DNA of 42,358 nt, taken from contig DASVQO010000045.1 in the NCBI GenBank assembly GCA_036389075.1, positions 1 to 42,358 on the forward strand, in the 5' to 3' direction. A program made the translations under genes and the position numbers. The DNA is from Chloroflexia bacterium (GTDB lineage Bacteria > Chloroflexota > Chloroflexia > QHBQ01 > JADMIH01). The first letter of the stretch is position 1. Each line of letters opens with the position of its first letter. The notes beneath the pieces are model-generated. The model did no database searches and was not told where the DNA came from. It saw only the letters and a program-made list of their open reading frames with translations. Positions 8,428 to 16,406 of the stretch are shown here, piece by piece.

Positions 8428-8430
8428 ACC

Positions 8431-9255
8431 TTAGCTTTCCTGCACGAAGGCTACGATGCGGGCGAAGGCCGCTTCGCCGCCTTTGAAGCGGAAGGGGAAG
8501 CAACCCAGCCACACACGCTGGTCGAGCACCTCGTCCACCTGGCCGCCCACGTTCTCGGCGTGGAAGACGCCCCTCGGGAAGAGCAGCGTGTGGGTGCACT
8601 GGTAGTCTTCCATCCAGGGGAACGCCTCGTCCATGCTCATGCCTATCTTGGCTTCCACTTCGGGTACGAGGTCGGGACGGGCCACGCGCACCTTGGTGTT
8701 GAAGGGGTGGTCGGTGGAGATAGCGTCAATCGCCATCCAGCGGATGCCCCTGTCGAGCACCCAGTCGCAGAACTCGCGGCGGGGGCCGGGGTGGCGCAGG
8801 AAGGAGCGGGGCAGGTCGGGCGGCTCCTGGTTGTGGACCTTGTACCAGTCCTCGTTGTAGTAGTGGTGGTAGCCGGTATGGATCACCAGGATGTCGCCGC
8901 GCTCTATCGTGATGCCGGTGTCGCGCTCCCACTGCTCGAAGTGTTGCGAGCCGTAGATGTCGTAGTCGCCGATGCCGTACTTTGAGAGGTCCACCACGCA
9001 GGCGGGGCCGAAGAGGGTGTCGATGGGGATGCCCGCGATGTCGGGCCCGGGGTCGAAGAAGTGGTAAGGCGAGTCGAGGTGAGTGGCGATGTGGTTGGTG
9101 CTCGAAATGTGTTGCGCGTTCACACCCTCGAAGGCGATCTTCTTGACCCACTTGATGGTCGGACCCTCGTAGAAGGCGAACGGGGGCGAGTCCATGCTGA
9201 AGTTCTGCGACAGGTCCAGCACTTTGACCTTACTGAGATCATAAGGCACGTACAT
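8431..9255 (-). CDS. Cyclase-family protein (kynurenine-formamidase-like metal hydrolase)
   Basis: The tracked ORF 8431-9732 is trimmed to the internal ATG at 9255 (MYVPYDLSKVKVLDLS...). The 159 codons upstream are Cys/Pro/Arg-rich low-complexity sequence that overlaps the def start region. The HxxTHxDxPxH motif is present (NHIATHLDSPYHF). Confidence 0.8.
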   Translation of the reverse strand: MYVPYDLSKVKVLDLSQNFSMDSPPFAFYEGPTIKWVKKIAFEGVNAQHISSTNHIATHLDSPYHFFDPGPDIAGIPIDTLFGPACVVDLSKYGIGDYDIYGSQHFEQWERDTGITIERGDILVIHTGYHHYYNEDWYKVHNQEPPDLPRSFLRHPGPRREFCDWVLDRGIRWMAIDAISTDHPFNTKVRVARPDLVPEVEAKIGMSMDEAFPWMEDYQCTHTLLFPRGVFHAENVGGQVDEVLDQRVWLGCFPFRFKGGEAAFARIVAFVQES

Positions 9256-9508
9256 TAGGCACACTCCCTTGTGTAGTGATATTAAACGGGCAGGCAACCC
9301 GCACGTAACCGGGGGCGGGCAGCAGAATGGGCCTATTATACTACAAGAATCGCCTCCCATGAAACATAATGTCGCCCGTTTACGACTTTGCCCCGGCCAA
9401 ACGGCCAGACACCGGCCCCTGAGCAATATCGTGGCCTTACCCACTCTGCCTTCCAATCCGGTAGAATAGTACGTATCACGACCGATATGAAGGGGAGACA
9501 CAAGGCCC

Positions 9509-10132
9509 ATGAATAGCTTACAGCAGGACGGTACGGCGAGAAGGCCCACACCTATAACCCAGTTTGGCGACCCGGTGCTACGCTTGCAGGCGCAGGAGGT
9601 AGCCCCGGACGAAATCGCCACGCCCGAGATCCAGGACATCATCGAGGATATGGTAGTGTCCCTGGCCGCAGCAGGGGGCGCGGGCCTTGCCGCCCCACAA
9701 ATCAGCATTTCGAAGCGCATCATAATCCTCAAGTTCCCGGCTATGAACCGCGTCGGCTACGGAGACATCGAGGAAACGCCCTTGCTGGTGATGATCAACC
9801 CGGAGGTCGTTTTCGCCTCGGAGGAAACCAGGCGCGCGCCGGAGGCCTGCCTGTCGATAAATACCCCCGATGGAGGCAGGTACGAAGGGGTGGTCGAACG
9901 CCCTGAGCGGGTCCGCGTGAGAGGCTACGACCGCACGGGCAAGGAAATCACCGTGGAGGCGGACAAGTTCCTGTCGAGGGCGCTCCAGCACGAGGTCGAC
10001 CACCTCAACGGCATCCTCTTCACCGACCACATACGCAACCTCAAAGACCTCCGCATCTACCGCCCCGTAGAGGCTACAGACCCTGTGCTTGGGGCTAACG
10101 TGCATCTCTCGCCGCAACCTCTAACGTTGTGA
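9509..10132 (+). CDS. def: Peptide deformylase
   Basis: All three PDF motifs are present: GAGLAAPQI (motif 1), EACLSI (motif 2, Cys ligand) and QHEVDHLNG (HExxH, motif 3). Confidence 0.9.
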   Translation: MNSLQQDGTARRPTPITQFGDPVLRLQAQEVAPDEIATPEIQDIIEDMVVSLAAAGGAGLAAPQISISKRIIILKFPAMNRVGYGDIEETPLLVMINPEVVFASEETRRAPEACLSINTPDGGRYEGVVERPERVRVRGYDRTGKEITVEADKFLSRALQHEVDHLNGILFTDHIRNLKDLRIYRPVEATDPVLGANVHLSPQPLTL

Positions 10133-10237
10133 AAGGTTCCAGTCGGTTGCCCTGGCCCTGTGGCTTCAGCCGAGGCAAAGTCCCCTACGGTGACTAACTA
10201 GAAGTCGTCTCGATAACAACATCGCCAAACATGAGCG

Positions 10238-10401
10238 CCCAGGCCCCACCCCCTGTCATTTCGAGCGTAGCGAGAAACCTCGCCCTTCAGCACCCAAAGC
10301 TTCACCTTTCTTACGCTACAGCCTCCCCTGAGAAAAGAGCCACATCCCGGTGAGGGACGAGATTTCTCACTACGTTCGAAATGACAAAGGCGGGGCTTGG
10401 G
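10238..10401. repeat. 164-bp palindromic intergenic element, same family as 2754-2922 (imperfect arms of about 45 bp, 75-bp spacer)
   Basis: The left arm contains ccctgtcatttcgagcgtagcgagaaacctcg. The right arm contains cgagatttctcactacgttcgaaatgacaaagg. The core is shared with the 2754-2922 element, and the spacer length is similar. Confidence 0.8.
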
Positions 10402-10490
10402 TGCCGGTTCTCCACAGTTGGTTCTTGAGCGAGCTTCTAACATGAGGCCAGTCTCCTTCGGAGACTTCGCTACTTCTCAGCCCGTGGCTT

Positions 10491-10660
10491 ATGAAGATTG
10501 ACAACTTAACAAAGTAATAGGCTGTAGGGGCAGGCCCCCGTGCCTGCCCTCATGCTGGCGTACCATGTGCAAATCTCCAATAAGGGCAGGCACGGGGGCC
10601 TGCCCCTACGTAACCCTCTCTCACCCCTGGTGATTACCTCATTAACCAGTCAATCTTCAT
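10491..10660. repeat. 170-bp nested palindromic element (12-bp outer inverted repeat plus a perfect 27-bp GC-rich inner inverted repeat)
   Basis: Outer repeat: atgaagattgac (10491-10502) against gtcaatcttcat (10649-10660). Inner repeat: gtaggggcaggcccccgtgcctgccct (10524-10550) against its exact reverse complement (10583-10609). Each inner arm is itself self-complementary (gggcaggc/gcctgccc). Confidence 0.9.
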
Positions 10661-10781
10661 TAGCCACAGGGCGTCCCCACAAGGCTATCGCAGGGCATCA
10701 CAACCCCAGCTAAAATGAGCACACCCCGGGGAACAAGAAACATGCTTGACGGCGCTCAGGCGCTGTGCTACCCTGCTCTGC

Positions 10782-12818
10782 ATGAAGGCTACCCCGGCCT
10801 CGCCAACGGAAGCAAGCACGGCTGCGGTCCATGAGCGCGGGTCAACGCAATCTCAAGCAGCAGGCCCCACGCAAGTCCCTCAGAGGCCGGGCTTCCGAAG
10901 CGCATATTGGTTAGCTCTGCCGCTACTCGCTATCGGTGCATACATCACGGTCTTGCGAGTCGGCTTCCTGGCCGATGATTTAGTATTGCTGGACGCCGCC
11001 CGCACGGATGTCATCGGTGTCAGGTCCCTGCTTCCGCTGCAAGGCGAGACGTTCTACCGGCCCGTAGGTCTGATGTTGACCTGGAAATTGGGCTGGCAGT
11101 TATGGGGCTTCAATCCGCTCCCCCTCCATCTGCAAGGGCTGCTGATACACGCCGCTGTTTCCCTGGTACTCGGCTTGTGGCTGGCGGAAGCTACCTCACG
11201 CCGTGTGCTGGGTTGGCTGGCCGGGGCCATCTTTGCGGTGCTGCCCATACACACGGAGGCCGTAGGCTGGCTCGCCGCTCAGTGGGACCTGTGGGCTACC
11301 CTGTTCGCGCTACTCAGTCTCTTATTGTTTACACGCTGGTGGAAGGCTAGGCGGCCATCCTGGTACCTCTATGCCGGCTCGGTGCTTTGCTTCGCGCTCG
11401 GGCTGTTTGCCAAAGAGAGCCTCATAACCTTTATTCCACTAATCCTCTTATCTGCCTGGATTACCGAGCGCCCCACCACCGGACAGAGCCGTCGCCGCCT
11501 CGCTTATGCCATGCTGCCGTTCTGCCTGGTGCTGGCGGCCAACGTGGGTATTCGCCTCGTGACCTGGGGCAGCATCGGCGGGTATAAGGGCCTGGAGTCG
11601 AGTTACTTAGACTTCTTTTGGGACGGTTACACTCACCAGCTACGCGGTCTGTTATCTCCCGTGAACCCTGCGGTGTTCGGGGATTCGACGGTCCAGGTTG
11701 TTGGGGCATGTACTTCCCTGCTAATACTGGCGGGTGTGCTGATGTACGGGCGGACCGAGAAGGTCCCGCTCGGATTGGCTGCCGCCTGGCTTGCAGTGAC
11801 GTTGTTCCCCGTGCTGAACTTGCCCGTCAGACCCGACGACCTGCAACAGAACCGTTTCCTCTACTTACCGGCTGTGGGCTACTCTGCGGGTATTGCGGCA
11901 ATAGTCTGTGCCGCTATCAGCGGCATGGGGAGGCAGAGACGCTTAGCTCTAGTAGGCGTTTGTGGCCTCCTGGCGTTGAGCGGGGCCGCATGCTGGGTGC
12001 AGTTGCGCCCCTGGCACACCACTACCGTGCAAGCTGAAGAAATCGACCGCCAGTTGCAAGCCCTGGTGCCGCCACAGCCCAACAGGCCCCAGGGCATGAC
12101 ATGGTATGTCGAAAACGTGCCGGACAACTACAAGGGCGCGTACCTCTTTCGCATCGGCCTTGGGAACATGCGCGGTCTAGCAACAGGTGATGGAACATGG
12201 ATCGAGAACACCGAAAGCGCGGTCGGGGCACCGCTCTGGGACGCAAGCAGCAAACAAGATGTATTTGCTATGAGGTTCTCCTTCGACCGGGCGCTTACCC
12301 GCTTCCGTGTAGCTCACATTGCGGGCATTACGATGGGTAGCGCGAAGCCGGAGGAGCCCGCGACGGGTAACGACCTGAAGGTGGCCGATTTCACCAACTG
12401 CGCGAGCGATGTGCTGGACCAATGGCACCCCGAGCAAGCAACTTACCACTGCGTTCCGGGCGAGGGCCTGGTGTTCAAGCCGGGCAACGAAGATTCGCGC
12501 CTGGTCAATGCGGGTGCGAACGCTGACGCCCCTCGGTCCAGGGGAGGGTTCACCAGGGTGCGCGTGGCCGTTAGCTACCCGGCGAAGGACAACGCTCAGG
12601 GCCTTGTCAACCAGTGGTACTGGTCGGGGCAGGGTGAGGGCTTCAGCGAAGAGCGCCTGAGTAGCCTACCCATAGTGCAAGATGGAAAGGACCACACTTA
12701 CTGGGCGTTCGTGCGCGCAGACCAGTCGGAAGGAGGTATCTCCATGCTGAGGTTCGACCCGGTCAACGCTAAGATGCCGGTTACGATAAGGTGGCTAGCC
12801 ATCGATACGGTACCATGA
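10782..12818 (+). CDS. Polytopic membrane protein, GT-C-fold / TMTC-PMT-like glycosyltransferase candidate, with a C-terminal extracytoplasmic domain of about 250 aa
   Basis: About 11 hydrophobic segments. An early loop motif (GFLADDLVLLD ... FYRPVGLM) is typical of ArnT/PMT/DUF1736-type GT-C enzymes. I prefer the ATG at 10782 over the tracked TTG at 10746, because 10746-10751 (TTGACG) followed by a 17-nt spacer and then TACCCT looks like a promoter. The start remains uncertain. Confidence 0.6.
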   Translation: MKATPASPTEASTAAVHERGSTQSQAAGPTQVPQRPGFRSAYWLALPLLAIGAYITVLRVGFLADDLVLLDAARTDVIGVRSLLPLQGETFYRPVGLMLTWKLGWQLWGFNPLPLHLQGLLIHAAVSLVLGLWLAEATSRRVLGWLAGAIFAVLPIHTEAVGWLAAQWDLWATLFALLSLLLFTRWWKARRPSWYLYAGSVLCFALGLFAKESLITFIPLILLSAWITERPTTGQSRRRLAYAMLPFCLVLAANVGIRLVTWGSIGGYKGLESSYLDFFWDGYTHQLRGLLSPVNPAVFGDSTVQVVGACTSLLILAGVLMYGRTEKVPLGLAAAWLAVTLFPVLNLPVRPDDLQQNRFLYLPAVGYSAGIAAIVCAAISGMGRQRRLALVGVCGLLALSGAACWVQLRPWHTTTVQAEEIDRQLQALVPPQPNRPQGMTWYVENVPDNYKGAYLFRIGLGNMRGLATGDGTWIENTESAVGAPLWDASSKQDVFAMRFSFDRALTRFRVAHIAGITMGSAKPEEPATGNDLKVADFTNCASDVLDQWHPEQATYHCVPGEGLVFKPGNEDSRLVNAGANADAPRSRGGFTRVRVAVSYPAKDNAQGLVNQWYWSGQGEGFSEERLSSLPIVQDGKDHTYWAFVRADQSEGGISMLRFDPVNAKMPVTIRWLAIDTVP

Positions 12819-12890
12819 GCGCCGGTGCCCGCAAGCAAAACGCAAACAGTCCAGGCAGCCGGCAGTAGCATACTCGCTGGGCCTAGCCTA

Positions 12891-14831
12891 TCAAGGTAGG
12901 CTCCAGGCGTTCAAGTACCCCCCGGACACCCAGTAGATGAATCCGCGAGACACCGCCACCCCCGAATAGCCTTGAGCGGCGTTAGCGGGCATCAACGTGC
13001 GCAGCCGCCGCCCATCCGCCACGCTATATATCGACAGGCCCTCGTCGCCGGCGTCCGCGAAAATGAGGCCATTGGCAATCGCCAGGTTCCCGTGCAACTG
13101 CCCTACCTCCATTGGCGGGCGGACGTCAGCGCCCGTGGCCGGGTCCACTGCGTAGAGAAGGCCCTCCCGCCCCGTCAAGAAGAGAGTCCCCCCCTCCCCT
13201 GCCGTCGGGTCGTAGGCGGCAAGCATGCCAATGGCGTACACGGCCGGTTTCGACCAGATAGCCCCCTTATTGACGTTTTCCAGCTCGTACGCGTAGAAGT
13301 GGTTGTCCTTGTGGCTCGCCCCGACCAGCAGGCGGTTGTTACGGTCGTGGAAAATCACGGGGGACGAGGCGAAATCGAAGTCCCCGCTCGTCAGTCCCTG
13401 CTGGTCGTCTCCCGTAATGTCGAGACTCAGCGGGTCGAGCGTGAGCATGGCGCGGTTGTACGGCCCATTGTAACCGTGGGTGTCCTCGCCGGTCGTTATG
13501 GCGAGCACGTTACCGCGCGGGCTGATCGCGGGGGAGTTCCATATGCCGCCACCTGCCGCGCCTGAGTCCACAATATATTTCCTCGCTACGACCTCCCCGC
13601 TAAGCAGGTCCACCGCGCGTAGCTCGCCGCGCACCGGGGGGTTGTCGCAATAAGAGGCCACTCCCACGTAGGCCCGCCCCGCCGCGAGCAAGGGAGACAC
13701 CCAGGCAAACGCGCTGCCGCCCGCACTCATCTCCTCGCGCCACAGCCTCGCCCCTGTGCGAGCGTCCAGGCCATAGTAAGCCTCGTCGCCTCCGCCCACG
13801 GCCAGCACCGTCCCCGAAATAGCCGCGGTCGAGCCTATTCCCACGTCCTCGCAGTCCGACTTGTAACCCAGGTTGGCCGACCAGGCAGGCGCGCCCGTTT
13901 TGGCGTCAAACGCGAAGAAGTTAGGGCCGGAAGCCACGCTGCTGCCCACGTACACGCGCCCGCCCGCCACGCTGGGCGAGCTTGAGGAGGGATTGCCGTT
14001 GCTCCCCAGGAAGACCTGCCAGCGCGAGACCAACTGCTCCACGTTAGCCGCGCCTATCAACGTCTCGTCGGGATTGTAGCTGGTGTGCTGGGCGTCGTGC
14101 CCGTACATCGGCCAGTCGCCGCCGGGGTTGTCCTCGTTACGGGGCGGGGCGGGCGTAGGACCTGGCTCCGGCGTGCGCCCCACGTATCGCTGCTTGTACT
14201 GAATAGCGCCCAGGAGCGAGAGCAGCACGTCGTAAGGAGGCTGGTTCTCGGGGTGCGCCTCGAACACGGCCCGCTCGAAGTACTGCACCGTGTACTCCTT
14301 GCCATCCACCGCCGAGACCTCCCGGAACTCGTCGGAGATCGGGTAGCCCTGCTGGGCCAGGCCGCCATGCGTCTGCCAGTATTCGAGGAAACGACCGCCC
14401 AGGCGATGGCCTGTTTCAGGGAAGGAAACGGAGCCTGGAGATGTGTTGGGGACCTGCCCCGGCGCGCCCTGTGGGTAGCGCTGCTTGTAGGACGACACGC
14501 CCAGCAGCGAAAGCAATACGTCGTTCGGCGCGGCGTTCTCCGGGTGCAACTCGAACACCGCCCGCTCGAAGTACTGCACCGTATAGGTCTTGCCGTCGGT
14601 AGGGCTTACCTCCTGGAACTCGTCGGAGATCGGGTAGCCCTGCTGCGCCAGGCCGCCGTGGCTGTTCCAGTATTCGAGGAACTTCCCACGTAGCTGTTTT
14701 CCGGTAGCGGGGAACTGCACGACAGGGGTTTGCGCGAAAGTGGTATCCAGCGTAGAAGCCCGCATCGGAACCAGGACCAACAGGAGCGCCAGGACCGCGC
14801 GTAAAGCCGTACCGGTCAGGGGTCTTTTCAT
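12891..14831 (-). CDS. Secreted protein: two tandem modules of about 60 aa followed by a PQQ-like beta-propeller
   Basis: Signal peptide MKRPLTGTALRAVLALLLVLVPMRAS with a GGGAGGA RBS. The module FLEYW..HGGLAQQGYPISDEF.EVS..DGK.YTVQYFERAVFE.HPEN...DVLLSLLG is duplicated. The C-terminal part has repeated G..Y(V/A)... (A/V)(F/L)D..TG motifs like BamB/PQQ propellers. Confidence 0.75.
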   Translation of the reverse strand: MKRPLTGTALRAVLALLLVLVPMRASTLDTTFAQTPVVQFPATGKQLRGKFLEYWNSHGGLAQQGYPISDEFQEVSPTDGKTYTVQYFERAVFELHPENAAPNDVLLSLLGVSSYKQRYPQGAPGQVPNTSPGSVSFPETGHRLGGRFLEYWQTHGGLAQQGYPISDEFREVSAVDGKEYTVQYFERAVFEAHPENQPPYDVLLSLLGAIQYKQRYVGRTPEPGPTPAPPRNEDNPGGDWPMYGHDAQHTSYNPDETLIGAANVEQLVSRWQVFLGSNGNPSSSSPSVAGGRVYVGSSVASGPNFFAFDAKTGAPAWSANLGYKSDCEDVGIGSTAAISGTVLAVGGGDEAYYGLDARTGARLWREEMSAGGSAFAWVSPLLAAGRAYVGVASYCDNPPVRGELRAVDLLSGEVVARKYIVDSGAAGGGIWNSPAISPRGNVLAITTGEDTHGYNGPYNRAMLTLDPLSLDITGDDQQGLTSGDFDFASSPVIFHDRNNRLLVGASHKDNHFYAYELENVNKGAIWSKPAVYAIGMLAAYDPTAGEGGTLFLTGREGLLYAVDPATGADVRPPMEVGQLHGNLAIANGLIFADAGDEGLSIYSVADGRRLRTLMPANAAQGYSGVAVSRGFIYWVSGGYLNAWSLP

Positions 14832-15265
14832 GGGGTTGTATCCTCCCGTAAGGAGAGCTATCTTATGCGGCTAACCTCGGGCGAGCGGCCGATTTTCGAT
14901 GCCGCTATTGCCGCCTGCCAGCCAACGAGGCCACACATAGGGCTTTGGGCGCATGGAAGCCACGCCGGGCCATTGTACACCAAGAACTCGGCCCGAAACC
15001 ACAGTCCCACGTGGAACCAGCACGGCCGGGCGCGAACAGGCGCGAATCAACGGCGCGCCGGTGGGGCAGAGACCCGGCGGTAGATTGCGAGGTCCGCCCG
15101 TGAGGTGCAGGGCGCTCAGCATTGTGGTAGACTGGTCACCGGACCCCATGTGCCTTTCGGGCTCTTGTTGCGCGCCCGCCGCAGGCCCCCGGCAACCGTG
15201 TGCCACCCGCGCTAGCAAGCACCCCCTTTATGTGCCGACCAATTTTGAGCAATTTGAGAAAATCA

Positions 15266-15294
15266 TGTCGATTTCGTCGGACCTCGTTCGACGT
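15266..15294 (+). promoter_or_regulatory. Candidate ECF-type promoter (TGTCGA, 17-nt spacer, CGACGT) upstream of the DGPF gene
   Basis: TGTCGA lies at 15266-15271 and CGACGT at 15289-15294, with 17 nt between them, 100 nt upstream of the ATG at 15394. From memory, ECF41/42-type promoters have a TGTC(G/A) -35 element and a CGTC/CGAC -10 element. This is not verified here. Confidence 0.35.
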
Positions 15295-15393
15295 ATTTAT
15301 AGAGCGAGGATTTGCACCGGGCCCGACCGGACCAGTAGGCCGGTCTCCAAGCTCCAAACCTGACACACAACCAAGAGAAAAGGAGATACAGCG

Positions 15394-15816
15394 ATGCGAT
15401 TCATGGTCTTAGTCCCCGCCGGCAACGAGTCCGAAGAGGGCATTCTACCGGACGAGAAGCTCCTGGAAGAGATGGGCAAGTTCAACGAAGAGATGGTGAA
15501 GGCGGGCGTGATGCTGGCGGGCGAGGGCCTGCACCCTACCTCCAAGGGGGCGCGCCTGGAGTTCACGGGCGGCACGACCAGGGTAATCGACGGGCCTTTC
15601 ACCGAGTCGAAGGAGCTGATCGCCGGCTTCTGGCTGATCCAGGTGAAGTCGAAGGAAGAGGCGATTGAGTGGATGAAGCGCGCACCCTTCGGAGAGGGCG
15701 TCGTGCTGGAGATCCGGCAGGTGTTCGAGACGGAGGACTTCGGCCCCGCGATGACCCCCGGACTGCGAGAGCAAGAAGAAAGACTGCGCGCGCAGACAGC
15801 AGCGAACGCCGGCTAG
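15394..15816 (+). CDS. YciI-like / DGPF-domain protein
   Basis: 140 aa. MRFMVLV...DEKLLEEMGKFNEEMVKAGVMLAGEGL...VIDGPFTESKELIAGFWLIQVKSKEEAIEWMKR contains the literal DGPF motif. A GGAGA RBS precedes the start. Confidence 0.85.
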   Translation: MRFMVLVPAGNESEEGILPDEKLLEEMGKFNEEMVKAGVMLAGEGLHPTSKGARLEFTGGTTRVIDGPFTESKELIAGFWLIQVKSKEEAIEWMKRAPFGEGVVLEIRQVFETEDFGPAMTPGLREQEERLRAQTAANAG

Positions 15817-15905
15817 CTCCCGGCGTCCCTACCCGTGCTACATTACGCCCTGTAATGCCGGGTATGATCGCCTTGATGGACCTAAAACGTCTCAGGAAGG
15901 ACACC

Positions 15906-16379
15906 ATGCAAAAAGTTACCACGTTCCTAACGTTCAACGACCAGGCGGAAGAGGCTGTAAACCTCTACGTTTCCACCTTCAAGGATTCACACGTCACGAA
16001 CATCAGCCGCTATGGTGAAGGCGCACCATTGCCGGCCGGCACCGTAATCACAGCGTCATTCGTGCTCGCCGGACAGGAGTTCATCGCGCTGAATGGCGGG
16101 CCGAGTTTCTCCTTTGCCGAAGGCTTCTCGCTCTTCGTAAACTGCGAGACGCAGGAAGAAGTAGACGAGCTCTGGGAGAAGCTCTCGGCGGGCGGCGAAA
16201 AAGGACGATGCGGCTGGCTGAAAGACAAGTTTGGCGTCTCCTGGCAAATTATCCCTTCCGCGCTGGGCCAGATGCTGCAAGACGAAGACCCACGCAAGGC
16301 CGGCAACGTCATGCAGGCGATGTTGCAGATGTCGAAGATTGACATCGCGGGCTTGAGGCGAGCGTACGAGCAAGCCTGA
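15906..16379 (+). CDS. VOC / glyoxalase-superfamily protein (PhnB / 3-demethylubiquinone-9 methyltransferase-domain type)
   Basis: The tracked ORF 15669-16379 is trimmed to the ATG at 15906 (MQKVTTFLTFNDQAEEAVNLYVSTFKDS...). The upstream 79 codons are Arg/Pro-rich and overlap the end of the DGPF gene. CGWLKDKFGVSWQI is typical of this family. Confidence 0.75.
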   Translation: MQKVTTFLTFNDQAEEAVNLYVSTFKDSHVTNISRYGEGAPLPAGTVITASFVLAGQEFIALNGGPSFSFAEGFSLFVNCETQEEVDELWEKLSAGGEKGRCGWLKDKFGVSWQIIPSALGQMLQDEDPRKAGNVMQAMLQMSKIDIAGLRRAYEQA

Positions 16380-16406
16380 TCGCGCTACGGTGCGGTCACT
16401 ACGACC

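Noticed and set aside
9437-9467. A sigma-70-like promoter for def (TTACCC, a 19-nt spacer, TAGAAT).
   Set aside because: Only the -10-like TAGAAT is convincing. The spacer is too long and the -35 element is weak, so it is not reported as a feature.
9256-9732. N-terminal 159-codon extension of the cyclase ORF (tracked as 8431-9732).
   Set aside because: The extension is Cys/Pro/Gly-rich and has no similarity to the cyclase family. It would overlap the def start and its promoter region. An in-frame ATG at 9255 yields a protein of canonical length, 274 aa.
15669-15905. N-terminal 79-codon extension of the VOC-family ORF.
   Set aside because: It is an Arg/Pro-rich translation that overlaps the 3' end of the DGPF gene in another frame. 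Family members typically begin MQK(I/V)T.FL.F, which matches the ATG at 15906.
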